Shown piece after piece: positions 8,804 through 18,721 of a DNA stretch of 64,000 nucleotides. Source of the stretch: Thermoplasmata archaeon (GTDB lineage: Archaea; Thermoplasmatota; Thermoplasmata; Thermoplasmatales; GCA-001856825); assembly GCA_021792255.1 (NCBI GenBank), contig JAJYUZ010000002.1:1-64000 (forward strand), written 5' to 3'. Under the pieces are notes generated by a model that was not told where the DNA came from, did no database searches, and worked only from the letters and a program-made list of their open reading frames with translations. A program made the position numbers and the translations under genes. The number at the start of each line of letters is the position of its first letter. The stretch's first letter is position 1.

Positions 8804-10569
8804 CTGAGTTCAAACCTGAAAGAAAGGAAGTCAGCATTTCGGAGTTCTTCGACAAGAACAAGCAGATGCTTGGTTTTGACTCGCCACAGAAGGCTCTGTT
8901 TATGACGGTGAAAGAGGCCGTGGATAATTCTCTTGACGCTTGCGCGGACAACGGAATATTGCCTGATATTACCGTCAAAATAGAGGAACTTGGTAAAGAG
9001 AAGTACAGGATCGAGATCGTGGACAATGGTCCGGGAATTAAAAGAACAGAGGTAGAGAATTCGTTCGGTAAGATGCTCTATGGTTCAAGATTCTTTGAGG
9101 AGAGACAGACTAGAGGTCAACAGGGGCTGGGAATATCCGCCGCGATCTTGTATGCGCAGAAAACTGCCGGATTCCCTACAGAAATAGTTACAAAAACAGA
9201 AAAAGATCTCACAGCTTATCATTTCGTCTTGGACATAGATATCAGGAAAAATTCACCGCACACTCTATCAATCACCCCCGAAATCTGGGACGTCAAAAGC
9301 GGCCTCAGGATTTCCCTCACTCTGAAAGGGAAGTACATAAGCGGAAAGCAGTCGGTCGAGGAATACGTAAGGGAGACTGCTATTGCTAATCCCCATTCCT
9401 CTTTCCACCTGATTCTGCCAGACAAGACCATTGAAATTGCAAGGAGTGTTGAGGATCCTCCCCAAATTCCAATTGCCGTGAAACCGCATCCGCACGGAGT
9501 GGAGCTGGGAGAACTGATTTCTATATTCAGGGAGAACGAAGAAGAAACGATTGAAGAAGTTCTGGAAGGCAAGTTCTCCAGAGTGACAAAACATGTGGCA
9601 AAGTCGCTCGTTGAAAAGAGCAAGCTCGGTGGGAAAAAAATAAGCAAACTGACAAGGGACGATTTCGAAGAGCTAATGAAAACGATCAAAGAAACAGAGT
9701 TCATGGAGCCAAGGAAAGATTGCCTTTCGCCGATAGGTGCCGAGGGCCTATTCAAGAGTGCGATGAATTCCTTTAGGGAATATCACCCCGCTTATTTTTC
9801 ACAACCGGTTATTCGAGGGCCTTTCGTGTTTTCAGGTCACCCATTTCTCGTGGAAGCCATAGCAATTTATGGCGGGGACCTGCCAAAGGAAGATCCGATC
9901 AAAGTTCTGAGATTTGCCAACAGGGTACCGCTATTGTATCAGTCTGGAAGCTGTGCGATCACTCGGGCAATTTCTTCGATAATGTGGAACCAGTATGGAT
10001 TCTCTCAACCGGTGAAAGATCAAATTCCTGTGGGACCTCTGATTGTAGCCGTGCACTTGGCTTGCACCAAGATTCCGTTCACGTCTGAAGCAAAGGAAGC
10101 TATCGCGACGGTTCCAGAAATAATGGATTCACTGGACATTCTGTTGAAGGGAGTCGCAAGGCAGATCAAGACGATGAAAAAGAAGGAAGCCCACAAGAGC
10201 CAGGTCGAAGAAAAGTTCGCGCTCATCGAGCAGATCCTTCCTCAGATATCCCTAAAGAGTTCTAAGATACTGAACCTGGAACCTCCGGACATCACTAGAA
10301 TAATCTCTAAAGTGATGGGCGTGGTCGCGTTCAGGGAAGTCAATGGAGAACTCTTTGCAGAGAACTACACCGAAAAGAACCAGAGTTTCAAGGTCGTGCT
10401 TAAAGGAGAGGGGCAGTTTACTGAAAGCGTGAAGAACTTGAAACCCTTTCAGAAAGTCAAACTCAATTTTTCCAAGGAAGTCATAAACTCCACCGAAATA
10501 TATGTGGATCTGCCAGAGCCAGTCCTCCTTGGAGCTTACTCCCTTCCGAAGGTGTTTAGCGATGAATGA
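8800..10569 (+). CDS. top6B: DNA topoisomerase VI subunit B
   Basis: GHKL motifs EAVDNSLDA, DNGPGI and RGQQGLGISAA; transducer motifs RFANRVPLLY and IPFTSEAKEAI. Confidence 0.97.
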   Translation: MTEFKPERKEVSISEFFDKNKQMLGFDSPQKALFMTVKEAVDNSLDACADNGILPDITVKIEELGKEKYRIEIVDNGPGIKRTEVENSFGKMLYGSRFFEERQTRGQQGLGISAAILYAQKTAGFPTEIVTKTEKDLTAYHFVLDIDIRKNSPHTLSITPEIWDVKSGLRISLTLKGKYISGKQSVEEYVRETAIANPHSSFHLILPDKTIEIARSVEDPPQIPIAVKPHPHGVELGELISIFRENEEETIEEVLEGKFSRVTKHVAKSLVEKSKLGGKKISKLTRDDFEELMKTIKETEFMEPRKDCLSPIGAEGLFKSAMNSFREYHPAYFSQPVIRGPFVFSGHPFLVEAIAIYGGDLPKEDPIKVLRFANRVPLLYQSGSCAITRAISSIMWNQYGFSQPVKDQIPVGPLIVAVHLACTKIPFTSEAKEAIATVPEIMDSLDILLKGVARQIKTMKKKEAHKSQVEEKFALIEQILPQISLKSSKILNLEPPDITRIISKVMGVVAFREVNGELFAENYTEKNQSFKVVLKGEGQFTESVKNLKPFQKVKLNFSKEVINSTEIYVDLPEPVLLGAYSLPKVFSDE

Positions 10570-11632
10570 AAAGTTGGAAAATATAGTGAAGCAGATTTAC
10601 CAAGAAATGAAAGAAGGCAATATTCCTAAGGTGGAACTGAAGTCCAGGAACAAGGAAAATATTATCTTTGATCCCAAGACGTCTGTGTGGAAGTACGGGA
10701 ACAATACGGTGAAAAGGTATGCCTCAAAGGCCAACTCTGCCAAGGGAATTCTGAAGATGCTCTACATAATCGACTTCGTCGATGAGATGGATGCTGGTGT
10801 CAAGACTTCTACCTTGAGAGAGATGTACTACATTTCTGAGGGTTGGAATCTGGGGAAGTTTGAAAGCCAGGACGAATCCGATTTGATGGTTGAGGACCTT
10901 GAAGTGATGACCAATTACTTGAGGGAAGAGATGAGACTCAGACCAGAGGAGAGCGGAGCGTCCGTCATTGGAAATCTGACACTCACGGAACTGAACAGAA
11001 AGGGAGAAAAGAAGAAGATGAACTGCAGGGATGATGTCGGAGACGCAGGATACACCATTCCATACAACGTGGAAAAAGAGAAGGTTGATCTAGTGTCTAG
11101 CGACGTTGATTTCGTGCTTGCCGTTGAAACGGGCGGTATGTTCGATAGACTGGTGGAAAATCGGTTTGACGAAAAGATGAGATCCCTTCTGGTCCACATG
11201 AAGGGACAGCCATCGAGATCCACGAAGAGGTTGTTGAACAGGTTGAACAAGGAGCTAGGCCTTCCAATAGTAGTGTTTACGGATGGGGATCCTTGGAGCT
11301 TCAGAATATTTGCTTCAGTTGCCTACGGTGCCATCAAGACCGCTCACATCTCTGACATACTCGCGACTCCAACATCCGAATTCATAGGAATTACCGCCAG
11401 CGATATCTTGAGGTACGACCTTCCGACCGACAAGCTGACAGACAAAGACGTTGAAGCTCTCCGGTCTGAACTGGACGATCCAAGATTCAATATACCATTC
11501 TGGAAAGGAGAGATCGAGACAATGCTCAAGCTTGGAAAGAAAGCCGAACAACAGGCGCTCGCTAAGTATGGCTTGGACTTTGTGACCGACACCTATCTAC
11601 CGGAGAAGCTCAAAGAAAACGGAATCATATGA
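10562..11632 (+). CDS. top6A: DNA topoisomerase VI subunit A
   Basis: TLREMYY (catalytic Tyr region), FESQDESD, and TOPRIM motifs VETGGMF, KGQP and FTDGDPW. Start at ATG 10562 overlaps the top6B end. Confidence 0.97.
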   Translation: MNEKLENIVKQIYQEMKEGNIPKVELKSRNKENIIFDPKTSVWKYGNNTVKRYASKANSAKGILKMLYIIDFVDEMDAGVKTSTLREMYYISEGWNLGKFESQDESDLMVEDLEVMTNYLREEMRLRPEESGASVIGNLTLTELNRKGEKKKMNCRDDVGDAGYTIPYNVEKEKVDLVSSDVDFVLAVETGGMFDRLVENRFDEKMRSLLVHMKGQPSRSTKRLLNRLNKELGLPIVVFTDGDPWSFRIFASVAYGAIKTAHISDILATPTSEFIGITASDILRYDLPTDKLTDKDVEALRSELDDPRFNIPFWKGEIETMLKLGKKAEQQALAKYGLDFVTDTYLPEKLKENGII

Positions 11633-12777
11633 ACGGAAAGACCTACGTAATAATATTTGGGTCGCTCGCAAGTTTTCTTGCTCTTGGCGACAGATACGTA
11701 ATGTCGACCCTCTACGACCAGCTCATGATAAATTATTTTCTCAAATCGACCGTCGTGTTTTCGATCCTCTTCTCCTCCTTCTATATTGGTTATACGATAT
11801 TTCAGCTCCCGGGGGGGAGGATAGCACACAAGTTTGGCCCGTCAAGGATTATAGGTGTTTCCCTCATAACTTGGTCCCTTCTATTCTTCCTTTTGCCTTT
11901 CACGAGATCGTTCAGCGGAGCAGTAGGTATAGCGTTTCTGATGGGTCTGGCTCAGGGCCCAATATTTCCATCCGTAATTTTTCTACTAAGATTATTTTAC
12001 AAGGACAGGCAGTATGCAAGGGCGTCTGGAATCGTCAGCGCAATCGGCGATTTATCCCCTGCAATCATTCCATTTGCGACCCTAGGTCTCTTCTATTCTG
12101 GGATGGACATCCACTTACCGTTCGTGGTTTTCGGAATCGTGGGAATTGCCGCTGGAGTCGTACTGCTGTTATTGAAAATCGGTTACACGCGTTCCTCTGA
12201 ACAAGTCAGGTGGTCCTCGCTTCTGGGGAGGCGGTACGTGATGTTCGGACTCTCGTTCCTCATTTACGATTATTTCTTTTACATAATTTTCACTTGGTAC
12301 CCGTACTTCCTTAAGGAGAGGTTTTCGATTCAATCCAACAATCTCGTATATGGCCCTCTTCCTTGGATCTTAATGGCAGCTGGTTCACTCTTATTTGGGT
12401 TGTACATGGACAGAATAAACAGGGATGCCCTCATCTCCGAAATTTCGTACGGCATAGTAGCAATCTCGTTAGTGGGAATGGCTTTATCCAGAAGCGCTGA
12501 AGTGTTTCTAGTCTTCGTGATAATCTCCCTCTTTTTCCTAGGCCCTATACTTCTCGCCTCATGGCGTCTTTCGACTAGGCTCGGCGGAGAGAAAAGTTCA
12601 TCCTTGGTTGGAGGGTGGATGAATTTCTGGGGTAACATTGGAGGAATTGCCGCCCCCTTCATTTTCGCTACCCTCAACGATCGATTCGGACTCTCTGGAG
12701 CATTCTTACTTTCTGTGACTGTACCGATCTTGGGCCTAATTACGTGGACATTCATTTCTAGGTGGGAATCCTCGTGA
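11629..12777 (+). CDS. MFS transporter
   Basis: About 12 TMs; motif A-like QLPGGRIAHKFGPSR. Confidence 0.85.
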   Translation: MNGKTYVIIFGSLASFLALGDRYVMSTLYDQLMINYFLKSTVVFSILFSSFYIGYTIFQLPGGRIAHKFGPSRIIGVSLITWSLLFFLLPFTRSFSGAVGIAFLMGLAQGPIFPSVIFLLRLFYKDRQYARASGIVSAIGDLSPAIIPFATLGLFYSGMDIHLPFVVFGIVGIAAGVVLLLLKIGYTRSSEQVRWSSLLGRRYVMFGLSFLIYDYFFYIIFTWYPYFLKERFSIQSNNLVYGPLPWILMAAGSLLFGLYMDRINRDALISEISYGIVAISLVGMALSRSAEVFLVFVIISLFFLGPILLASWRLSTRLGGEKSSSLVGGWMNFWGNIGGIAAPFIFATLNDRFGLSGAFLLSVTVPILGLITWTFISRWESS

Positions 12778-13565
12778 GAAATGATGCAATAAGCATAGTC
12801 TGCAGAAAACTAGGGATCTCGAAAGAGCAGTTCCGTCAGAATTACGAGATAATCGGAAATTCGATGATCATCCGAGAAGATGACGAGTTCGGTACTGATG
12901 AAAGAAGTCTTGGACGCGCGATGCTTTCGTCCTTCAAGTTGTGGGGGATCTATAAATATACAGGAATACACGGCTCAAGAAGAATACCGTCCGTAAAAAT
13001 GATATCTGGAATACACACCGATGTGGTTCAAAGCGAGGACGGAATACTTTACATGCTGGACCCGAAGAAGATAATGTTCTCCAAGGGTAATAAGAAAGAG
13101 AGACATCTTTTAACTCAGATGGTAAGTGAAAAGGAAACGATACTTGACATGTTCGCAGGTATAGGATACTTCTCCATTCCGCTCTCATTCAAGGTCAGGA
13201 AGGTATATTCATGTGACGTAAATCCGGACTCTTTTCACTACCTGATGATGAATAAGAGACTGAACACTGCGAACAATCTCGTGCCTATGCTGGGAGACTC
13301 TTCAATGCTTCCGATGGAAGAGTTCGCAGATAGAATCGTAATGGGACACTTTGATTCTCACAGGTATCTGAACTCAGCGCTAAAGTACCTGAAGAAGAAA
13401 GGCAGTATTCACCTTCACCAGCTCGTGAGAAGAGGTGATGAGCTAATTATGGTAAAAAAGTACCGCAGCTACGGGTTCGTCACGAATGCCAAGATTAGGA
13501 AAGTGAAGAGTTATTCTCCCTCCCACGACCATGTAGTATTGGACCTTGAGGTGATAAAACACTAA
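12774..13565 (+). CDS. Trm5/Tyw2 (Taw2)-like SAM-dependent tRNA modification enzyme
   Basis: MFSKGNKKER, ILDMFAGIGYF, ADRIVMG and VKSYSP motifs. Start may be GTG 12762. Confidence 0.8.
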   Translation: MRNDAISIVCRKLGISKEQFRQNYEIIGNSMIIREDDEFGTDERSLGRAMLSSFKLWGIYKYTGIHGSRRIPSVKMISGIHTDVVQSEDGILYMLDPKKIMFSKGNKKERHLLTQMVSEKETILDMFAGIGYFSIPLSFKVRKVYSCDVNPDSFHYLMMNKRLNTANNLVPMLGDSSMLPMEEFADRIVMGHFDSHRYLNSALKYLKKKGSIHLHQLVRRGDELIMVKKYRSYGFVTNAKIRKVKSYSPSHDHVVLDLEVIKH

Positions 13566-13586
13566 TATTTGTTGTGATTTCAAATT

Positions 13587-14729
13587 ATGTCAAGAGTTTC
13601 TGAAATAATTTCAAAGCAGGAGAATTTCAGGAGAAGTGTCCTTCCCCTTCAACCCTCCGAAAACACTATTCCTAGACAGGCACTGAAAGCACTTTCTTCG
13701 GACTTCGAACAGAGATATTCTCTAGTCATCGATTCAGACTACAGGAATCTGGATGTACACAATGCATATGCTGGAACCAAGCACTCGGAGGCTCTTGTCG
13801 AAGAGGTAGAGAGGTTAGCGAGGAAGGCGTTCAAGTCGGAATTCGCGGACGTTCGACCGATAGCAGGTCATTTGGCTGCAATGCAGGTTCTAGGAAGTCT
13901 ACTTAAGAAGGGAGACAGATTCCTATATGTACCACTTTCCAAAGGGGGTTACGATGGATACACTCCACCTTTTTTGCCGACGCTACTAGGAGTGGACGGT
14001 ACCGAAATTCCGATGAAAGGATGGAAGATAGATTACGGTAAACTGGAAAGAATGAAGGGGAATTATAGGGCCATCATACTGGGGGCCAGCCTCTTCCTTC
14101 ATCCGTACGACATGAAGAGGATAAAGGAGTCGTTTCCAAATTCACTTATCTTGTACGATGCTTCCCACGTTCTTGGTCTTTTAGCCACGGGAACCTTCCA
14201 GGAAGATTTCAATGTTGCCGATGTGATCTACGGAAGCACCCACAAGAATTTTCCAGGACCTCAGGGGGGGTTGATTGTGGGAAGTAAGGATTTAGAGAAA
14301 AAGATAAAGAGCAGTCCGATCTGGAACTACTACGACAATTTCCATCTTTCAAGAATAGCGGCTCTCGGGATCTCGCTTGAATATTTGTCAAGGAGCGGGT
14401 ATGGAAAGAAGTGTCTCGAGAACCGGAGGCTGCTGGTCGCCTCCCTTAATGACAGAAAGATCAGACTGGCAAATCAGCCAGAAGTATCTGAGAGTGCGAT
14501 GTTTCTGCTCGATTATGAAAACTCGCCCGAAGTTTCAAGGAAACTTGAGACTGCAAATATCTTGGTTGACAGCGTAGGAAGGGTAGGAACGAACGAAGTG
14601 ACGATGAGGGGTCTGCTGCCTAAACACATGAATCTCGTCGGAGAGGCCCTAGAGGAAGGCCTGAAATCAAATATATTGAACGCGAAGAAAGTCGTGAAGA
14701 ACATCATCAGCGAAATGATTTGGCCGTAG
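13587..14729 (+). CDS. glyA: Serine hydroxymethyltransferase (archaeal type)
   Basis: LQPSEN, YAG, YDASHVLGL, and the PLP-lysine motif GSTHKNFPGPQGG. Confidence 0.9.
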   Translation: MSRVSEIISKQENFRRSVLPLQPSENTIPRQALKALSSDFEQRYSLVIDSDYRNLDVHNAYAGTKHSEALVEEVERLARKAFKSEFADVRPIAGHLAAMQVLGSLLKKGDRFLYVPLSKGGYDGYTPPFLPTLLGVDGTEIPMKGWKIDYGKLERMKGNYRAIILGASLFLHPYDMKRIKESFPNSLILYDASHVLGLLATGTFQEDFNVADVIYGSTHKNFPGPQGGLIVGSKDLEKKIKSSPIWNYYDNFHLSRIAALGISLEYLSRSGYGKKCLENRRLLVASLNDRKIRLANQPEVSESAMFLLDYENSPEVSRKLETANILVDSVGRVGTNEVTMRGLLPKHMNLVGEALEEGLKSNILNAKKVVKNIISEMIWP

Positions 14730-14873
14730 GTGCATTTCATTGTTGCCTCCTCATGCTAGATTCCTGTAACGACCAGGCGCATTACTTGAGAACTCGAGTC
14801 GGTAAGTTGGAAACAGGACAATCTCACTCGTGACATTTCAAAAGCTATTTACCTGTTAAACCGATTTCGAGAT

Positions 14874-16070
14874 ATGTCGATGAATGCGCCGGCCAAGAGA
14901 GAATTCTCGAAGATTGCCAATTTGATGAGGCCTTCGGCTATAAGATTACTTCTAAGAGTTGCAAACCAACCAGATATGATCTCGTTCGGAGGAGGATTGC
15001 CAAATCCAGAATCATTCCCGCTTGACGACATAAGGAGAATTTTCGATGAACAACTCGCCAAGAATGGAAAGAAGATGCTTCAGTACGGCGCAACAGAGGG
15101 ATTAGATTCTTTGAACATTGCACTTTCAAAGAGATTGAAAGAGAAAGAGGGGATAGTTTCCGAACCGACCAACATTATTGAGACCACTGGTTCCCAGGAA
15201 GCACTATACATGGTAGGGAAAATATTCGCTAATCCGGGAGAATATGTTATAACCGAGGCCCCCACCTACACTGGAACTATTTCCGCATTCAGGGGTTCTG
15301 AGGTCAAAATGGTCGGAGTAGAGATGGACCATTACGGAATGAATATGGACGCGCTCAGGCAAACGTTGAAGAATTATCCGAATCCAAAGTTCATCTACGT
15401 CATCCCAAATTTTCAGAATCCGTCCGGAATTACAATGAGCTTGGAGAGAAGGAAGGAACTCCTTGAAATCGCTAACGAGAATGGGATAACTATCGTAGAA
15501 GATGATCCATACGGCTCCCTGAGATTCGCGGGATCCCACATTCCTTCATTAAAGTCAATGGACAACGACGTTGTCTATCTAGGCACTTTCTCTAAGGTCC
15601 TCTCACCGGGCATAAGGTTGGGTTACGTTGTCGCACCTCGGGACGTAATAGACAAACTGAACATCACAAAACAAGCACTGGATCTGGCTACCAGCACTGT
15701 GTCAGAATACATTGCATCTGCATACGTAGAAGAAGGATTCATGGATAAACAGATCCCCAAGATCATAGACCTGTACAGACAGAAGAGGGACTTGATGATT
15801 GAATCATTTGAGAACTACTTCCCCAAGGATGTCGAATTCACCAGACCTAATGGCGGAATGTTTATCTGGGTGACCAGGAAGGGTGCAAACACGGACAAGA
15901 TGTTCGAAGAGGCGGTCAGGCAGAAAGTCCTGTACGTGGTTGGCTCAGCGTTCTATCCAGACGAAGACAACCACGAATCCATGAGACTCAATTTCACATA
16001 TAGTTCCAACGAACAGATAGTTGAAGGAGTAAAGAGGCTAGGCAAACTATTCGAAGTCACAGCAAGATAG
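14874..16070 (+). CDS. PLP-dependent aminotransferase class I/II (LysN/ARO8-like)
   Basis: ISFGGGLP, YVIPNFQNPSG, EDDPY, GTFSKVLSPGIRLG and MRLNF motifs. Confidence 0.9.
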   Translation: MSMNAPAKREFSKIANLMRPSAIRLLLRVANQPDMISFGGGLPNPESFPLDDIRRIFDEQLAKNGKKMLQYGATEGLDSLNIALSKRLKEKEGIVSEPTNIIETTGSQEALYMVGKIFANPGEYVITEAPTYTGTISAFRGSEVKMVGVEMDHYGMNMDALRQTLKNYPNPKFIYVIPNFQNPSGITMSLERRKELLEIANENGITIVEDDPYGSLRFAGSHIPSLKSMDNDVVYLGTFSKVLSPGIRLGYVVAPRDVIDKLNITKQALDLATSTVSEYIASAYVEEGFMDKQIPKIIDLYRQKRDLMIESFENYFPKDVEFTRPNGGMFIWVTRKGANTDKMFEEAVRQKVLYVVGSAFYPDEDNHESMRLNFTYSSNEQIVEGVKRLGKLFEVTAR

Positions 16071-16130
16071 GATTGGACCACGAAATAGAAACTATCATGG
16101 TGCTCCTTAGATCTTGAAAAGAAAGCTTCT

Positions 16131-16997
16131 CTAGGATTCGATATATTTCTTGATACTTGAAGCAACTATTTCTGAGACTGTCATCTTGGAGAATGGACCC
16201 TCAACGGTATCGGTCGTGGAAATACTGTCAACGAATCCCGCGTATCTGGATGTTCCTGAAACGAATAGTCCGTGCACGCAGTAGACGTTTATCGCCTTTG
16301 CTCCGTTTTGCTTCAGCACCTTTGAAGATTCCAGTATGGTTCCACCGGTCGATATCATGTCATCTGCGAGCGCAACTATTTTGTCCTTTACAGTGGCCCC
16401 TTCCGGAATGGTGATTTCGACTTTGGTGTCTGAAACACGCTTCTTGTTCAAGTAAATCGACGGCAACCCGGCTATCTTTGATATGTTTTCTCCTTCTTCC
16501 CTGAACCCATCGTCTGGGGAAATTACGACGTCGTTTCCGTCTTCCTTGACCTGCTTTGCTATCACTGCTTCTGCCCTGATTTCCAAGCCCTTCTTCCCTA
16601 GAAATGCCATACCCTCTGGGGAGTGCATATTCACGACGAATACCTTCTCGAATCTCTCAATGAATAACTCTGACAGTATCTTGGCGCTTACTGCTTCGTA
16701 CTGCTGGAACATTGCGTCCTGTCGTGCGTAACCAAAATACGGGACCACGAGAATGATCCTTTTTGCTCCTGCGTTGTGAGCAGCATCACTCGTCAGTAGG
16801 ATGTCTATAATTCCTGAATCTGGGTAAGTGCTTCCGACCACTATTGCTTCGTCAAGCGGTTCCTCTACCCTTACATAGAGCTCTCCATCTGCAAATCTCC
16901 TCCTGTTGATCCTCGATAGAGGAATTCCAAGAATAGAGGAAACCTTTGACGAAAGACCCTCGGAATTGCTCGTGGCGACAATCTTCACAAAACTCAA
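16131..16997 (-). CDS. prs: Ribose-phosphate pyrophosphokinase
   Basis: RFADGELYV, VPYFGYARQD, and PRPP-binding motif DDMISTGGT; TTG start. Confidence 0.93.
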   Translation of the reverse strand: MSFVKIVATSNSEGLSSKVSSILGIPLSRINRRRFADGELYVRVEEPLDEAIVVGSTYPDSGIIDILLTSDAAHNAGAKRIILVVPYFGYARQDAMFQQYEAVSAKILSELFIERFEKVFVVNMHSPEGMAFLGKKGLEIRAEAVIAKQVKEDGNDVVISPDDGFREEGENISKIAGLPSIYLNKKRVSDTKVEITIPEGATVKDKIVALADDMISTGGTILESSKVLKQNGAKAINVYCVHGLFVSGTSRYAGFVDSISTTDTVEGPFSKMTVSEIVASSIKKYIES

Positions 16998-17017
16998 TTT
17001 CCTCTGACTTAAATAAT

Positions 17018-18034
17018 CTACTGGACGTTCAGATTCAAAAGCTCTTCAATATTTAATTGACACTTCTTCTCTAGGTAAGAATACAGTCTCTTTAGTCTGG
17101 GAATTTCAGATGCCAATCCCTTACCTCTGTAGTCCTTTGCAATCTCATCTATCCTGACTACCTTATCTCCCTTTAGTAGAGTATCTGAATTGCAAACTAT
17201 TTTTTCCTCTGTTGTCCTCGGGATGTAGTCCTGATCCGGAAGTTTCAACTTCCTTGCGGTGCTCTTTAGCAATCCCGCGCCAACGTGAGTGCTGCAGAAC
17301 CTTGCCAGTGATTCGTCCATCCCCTCCCGTTTCAGGATTTTGTATCCCTCTACTCCGTGGAAAATGCTTTGAGTCACTGTCCTTCCGATGTCGTGGAGAA
17401 GTGCCCCGGCTTCCAATAGACGTTCATCGACGTCACATCCTTTTGCAGTCGTAAGGGCGACTCTGCTGCACATTATCAAATGCCTCTTTAGTCTATCATC
17501 CGCACCGTATTTTTCTAGAAGGGAAAGACACTCTTTTCTGTCAGGTATCCGAAGCACCTTCTTCCCTCTCTCTTCTGGAATTATCTTCAGATCCCCCCTT
17601 AGCACCTTCTCTCTTCCAAGTCTGTCTAGAAATATCGACAGAGCAGAGACTTCTGAGTGAGGTTGGTTTTTTACAGCGATGTTGAAATCCGCCATCTCAT
17701 ACACTATGCGAGGGACTTTTTCAGAGCCGACGATGACCATTATATTCTCGAATTTTTTTATCTCACTTATCCTGTCTTCGAGAGGAATTCCGTACATCGT
17801 CAGGTGGACCTTTGCTCCCTTAAATTTCCTGATCTTCTCCATGTAGTTCCCAAATTCAATCTCAAAGTTCCCACCGAACTTCTTGGTGACGTTGTCGATC
17901 GTTTTCTTGAGTTTATCATCCACTCTGTCGACAATTATTTTGTCCGCTCCAAACGCCCTTGATACCAGGGCGACGTGGGTGGTGATTCTCTTGTCTCTCT
18001 CGGGCCTGTGCCCTATTCTGAGGACCGTAATCAA
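17018..18034 (-). CDS. trm56: tRNA (cytidine(56)-2'-O)-methyltransferase with C-terminal HD domain
   Basis: [33 protein letters not shown] and NQPHSEV, followed by an HD domain (LLHDIGR...HG...HVGAG...EEKIVCNSD). Confidence 0.93.
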   Translation of the reverse strand: MITVLRIGHRPERDKRITTHVALVSRAFGADKIIVDRVDDKLKKTIDNVTKKFGGNFEIEFGNYMEKIRKFKGAKVHLTMYGIPLEDRISEIKKFENIMVIVGSEKVPRIVYEMADFNIAVKNQPHSEVSALSIFLDRLGREKVLRGDLKIIPEERGKKVLRIPDRKECLSLLEKYGADDRLKRHLIMCSRVALTTAKGCDVDERLLEAGALLHDIGRTVTQSIFHGVEGYKILKREGMDESLARFCSTHVGAGLLKSTARKLKLPDQDYIPRTTEEKIVCNSDTLLKGDKVVRIDEIAKDYRGKGLASEIPRLKRLYSYLEKKCQLNIEELLNLNVQ

Positions 18035-18522
18035 GCTACTTTCTCCACTTTCATTCCTTTGATCGTTAGGTGTTTGCTCCTCTTGATGATGGCTCTGACG
18101 TACGTTGAGGATTGTTTCAGTTTTTCCTGTATCTCTGCGATGTACTGGGTGCCACCGTCTATCATCTTAGTAATCTTGTTACAGTATGCTTCTACTTTGT
18201 CGTCGTCTAGAGACGCCACATAAATCACGTCTCCAGCTTCCTCTGTGGGGAGGAGAATGTTAATCTGTATGCTCGTGTAGTAATTGTGAAAGACTTTCTT
18301 TGGGCCGCTTGGAGTGTTTGACCATTGAGATTCTACAAATTTTATTTTTTCCATGTACTTCAGGAATTCCACCGCTTTGGCTCCCAGTTTTTGCTTGACC
18401 TCATCTTCTGTCATCCAACTCTGGTTTAGTAGTTTCAATAACTCACTCTTCGTCCTGTCGTTGGAAATCGTGAAAATAGTAACCAAATCACCTACATCGT
18501 TAACGACCTTAATTTTATTCAT
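18031..18522 (-). CDS. Archaeal ArsR-like conserved protein (COG4860-like)
   Basis: VVNDVGDLV...WMTE...VESQW...[11 protein letters not shown]...AIIKRS pattern typical of this archaeal family. Confidence 0.65.
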   Translation of the reverse strand: MNKIKVVNDVGDLVTIFTISNDRTKSELLKLLNQSWMTEDEVKQKLGAKAVEFLKYMEKIKFVESQWSNTPSGPKKVFHNYYTSIQINILLPTEEAGDVIYVASLDDDKVEAYCNKITKMIDGGTQYIAEIQEKLKQSSTYVRAIIKRSKHLTIKGMKVEKVA

Positions 18523-18721
18523 AGACCTTCCCTTTATGTTCTCGTCATTTAAATACCTTCATCCTAACTTGTTGAAGAGAAATAACTAGTTCGTAACTTA
18601 GGAATCTGTAGACACAAGAGTCGTTCTGAAATCTATAGAATTAACACAATATTCGTGGAAAGAAGAAAGGGGCCTTCGCCTATTTGAAATTCTATTACCT
18701 CCATATGTGCTATGAAATCAT

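Noticed and set aside
14755-14830. Intergenic stem TCCTGT...ACAGGA ending in ACA, a possible H/ACA RNA
   Set aside because: I could not build a convincing pseudouridylation pocket or K-turn by eye.
17018-18034. Trm56-HD domain fusion as a novelty
   Set aside because: Already known from Thermoplasma Trm56; used only as a lineage marker.
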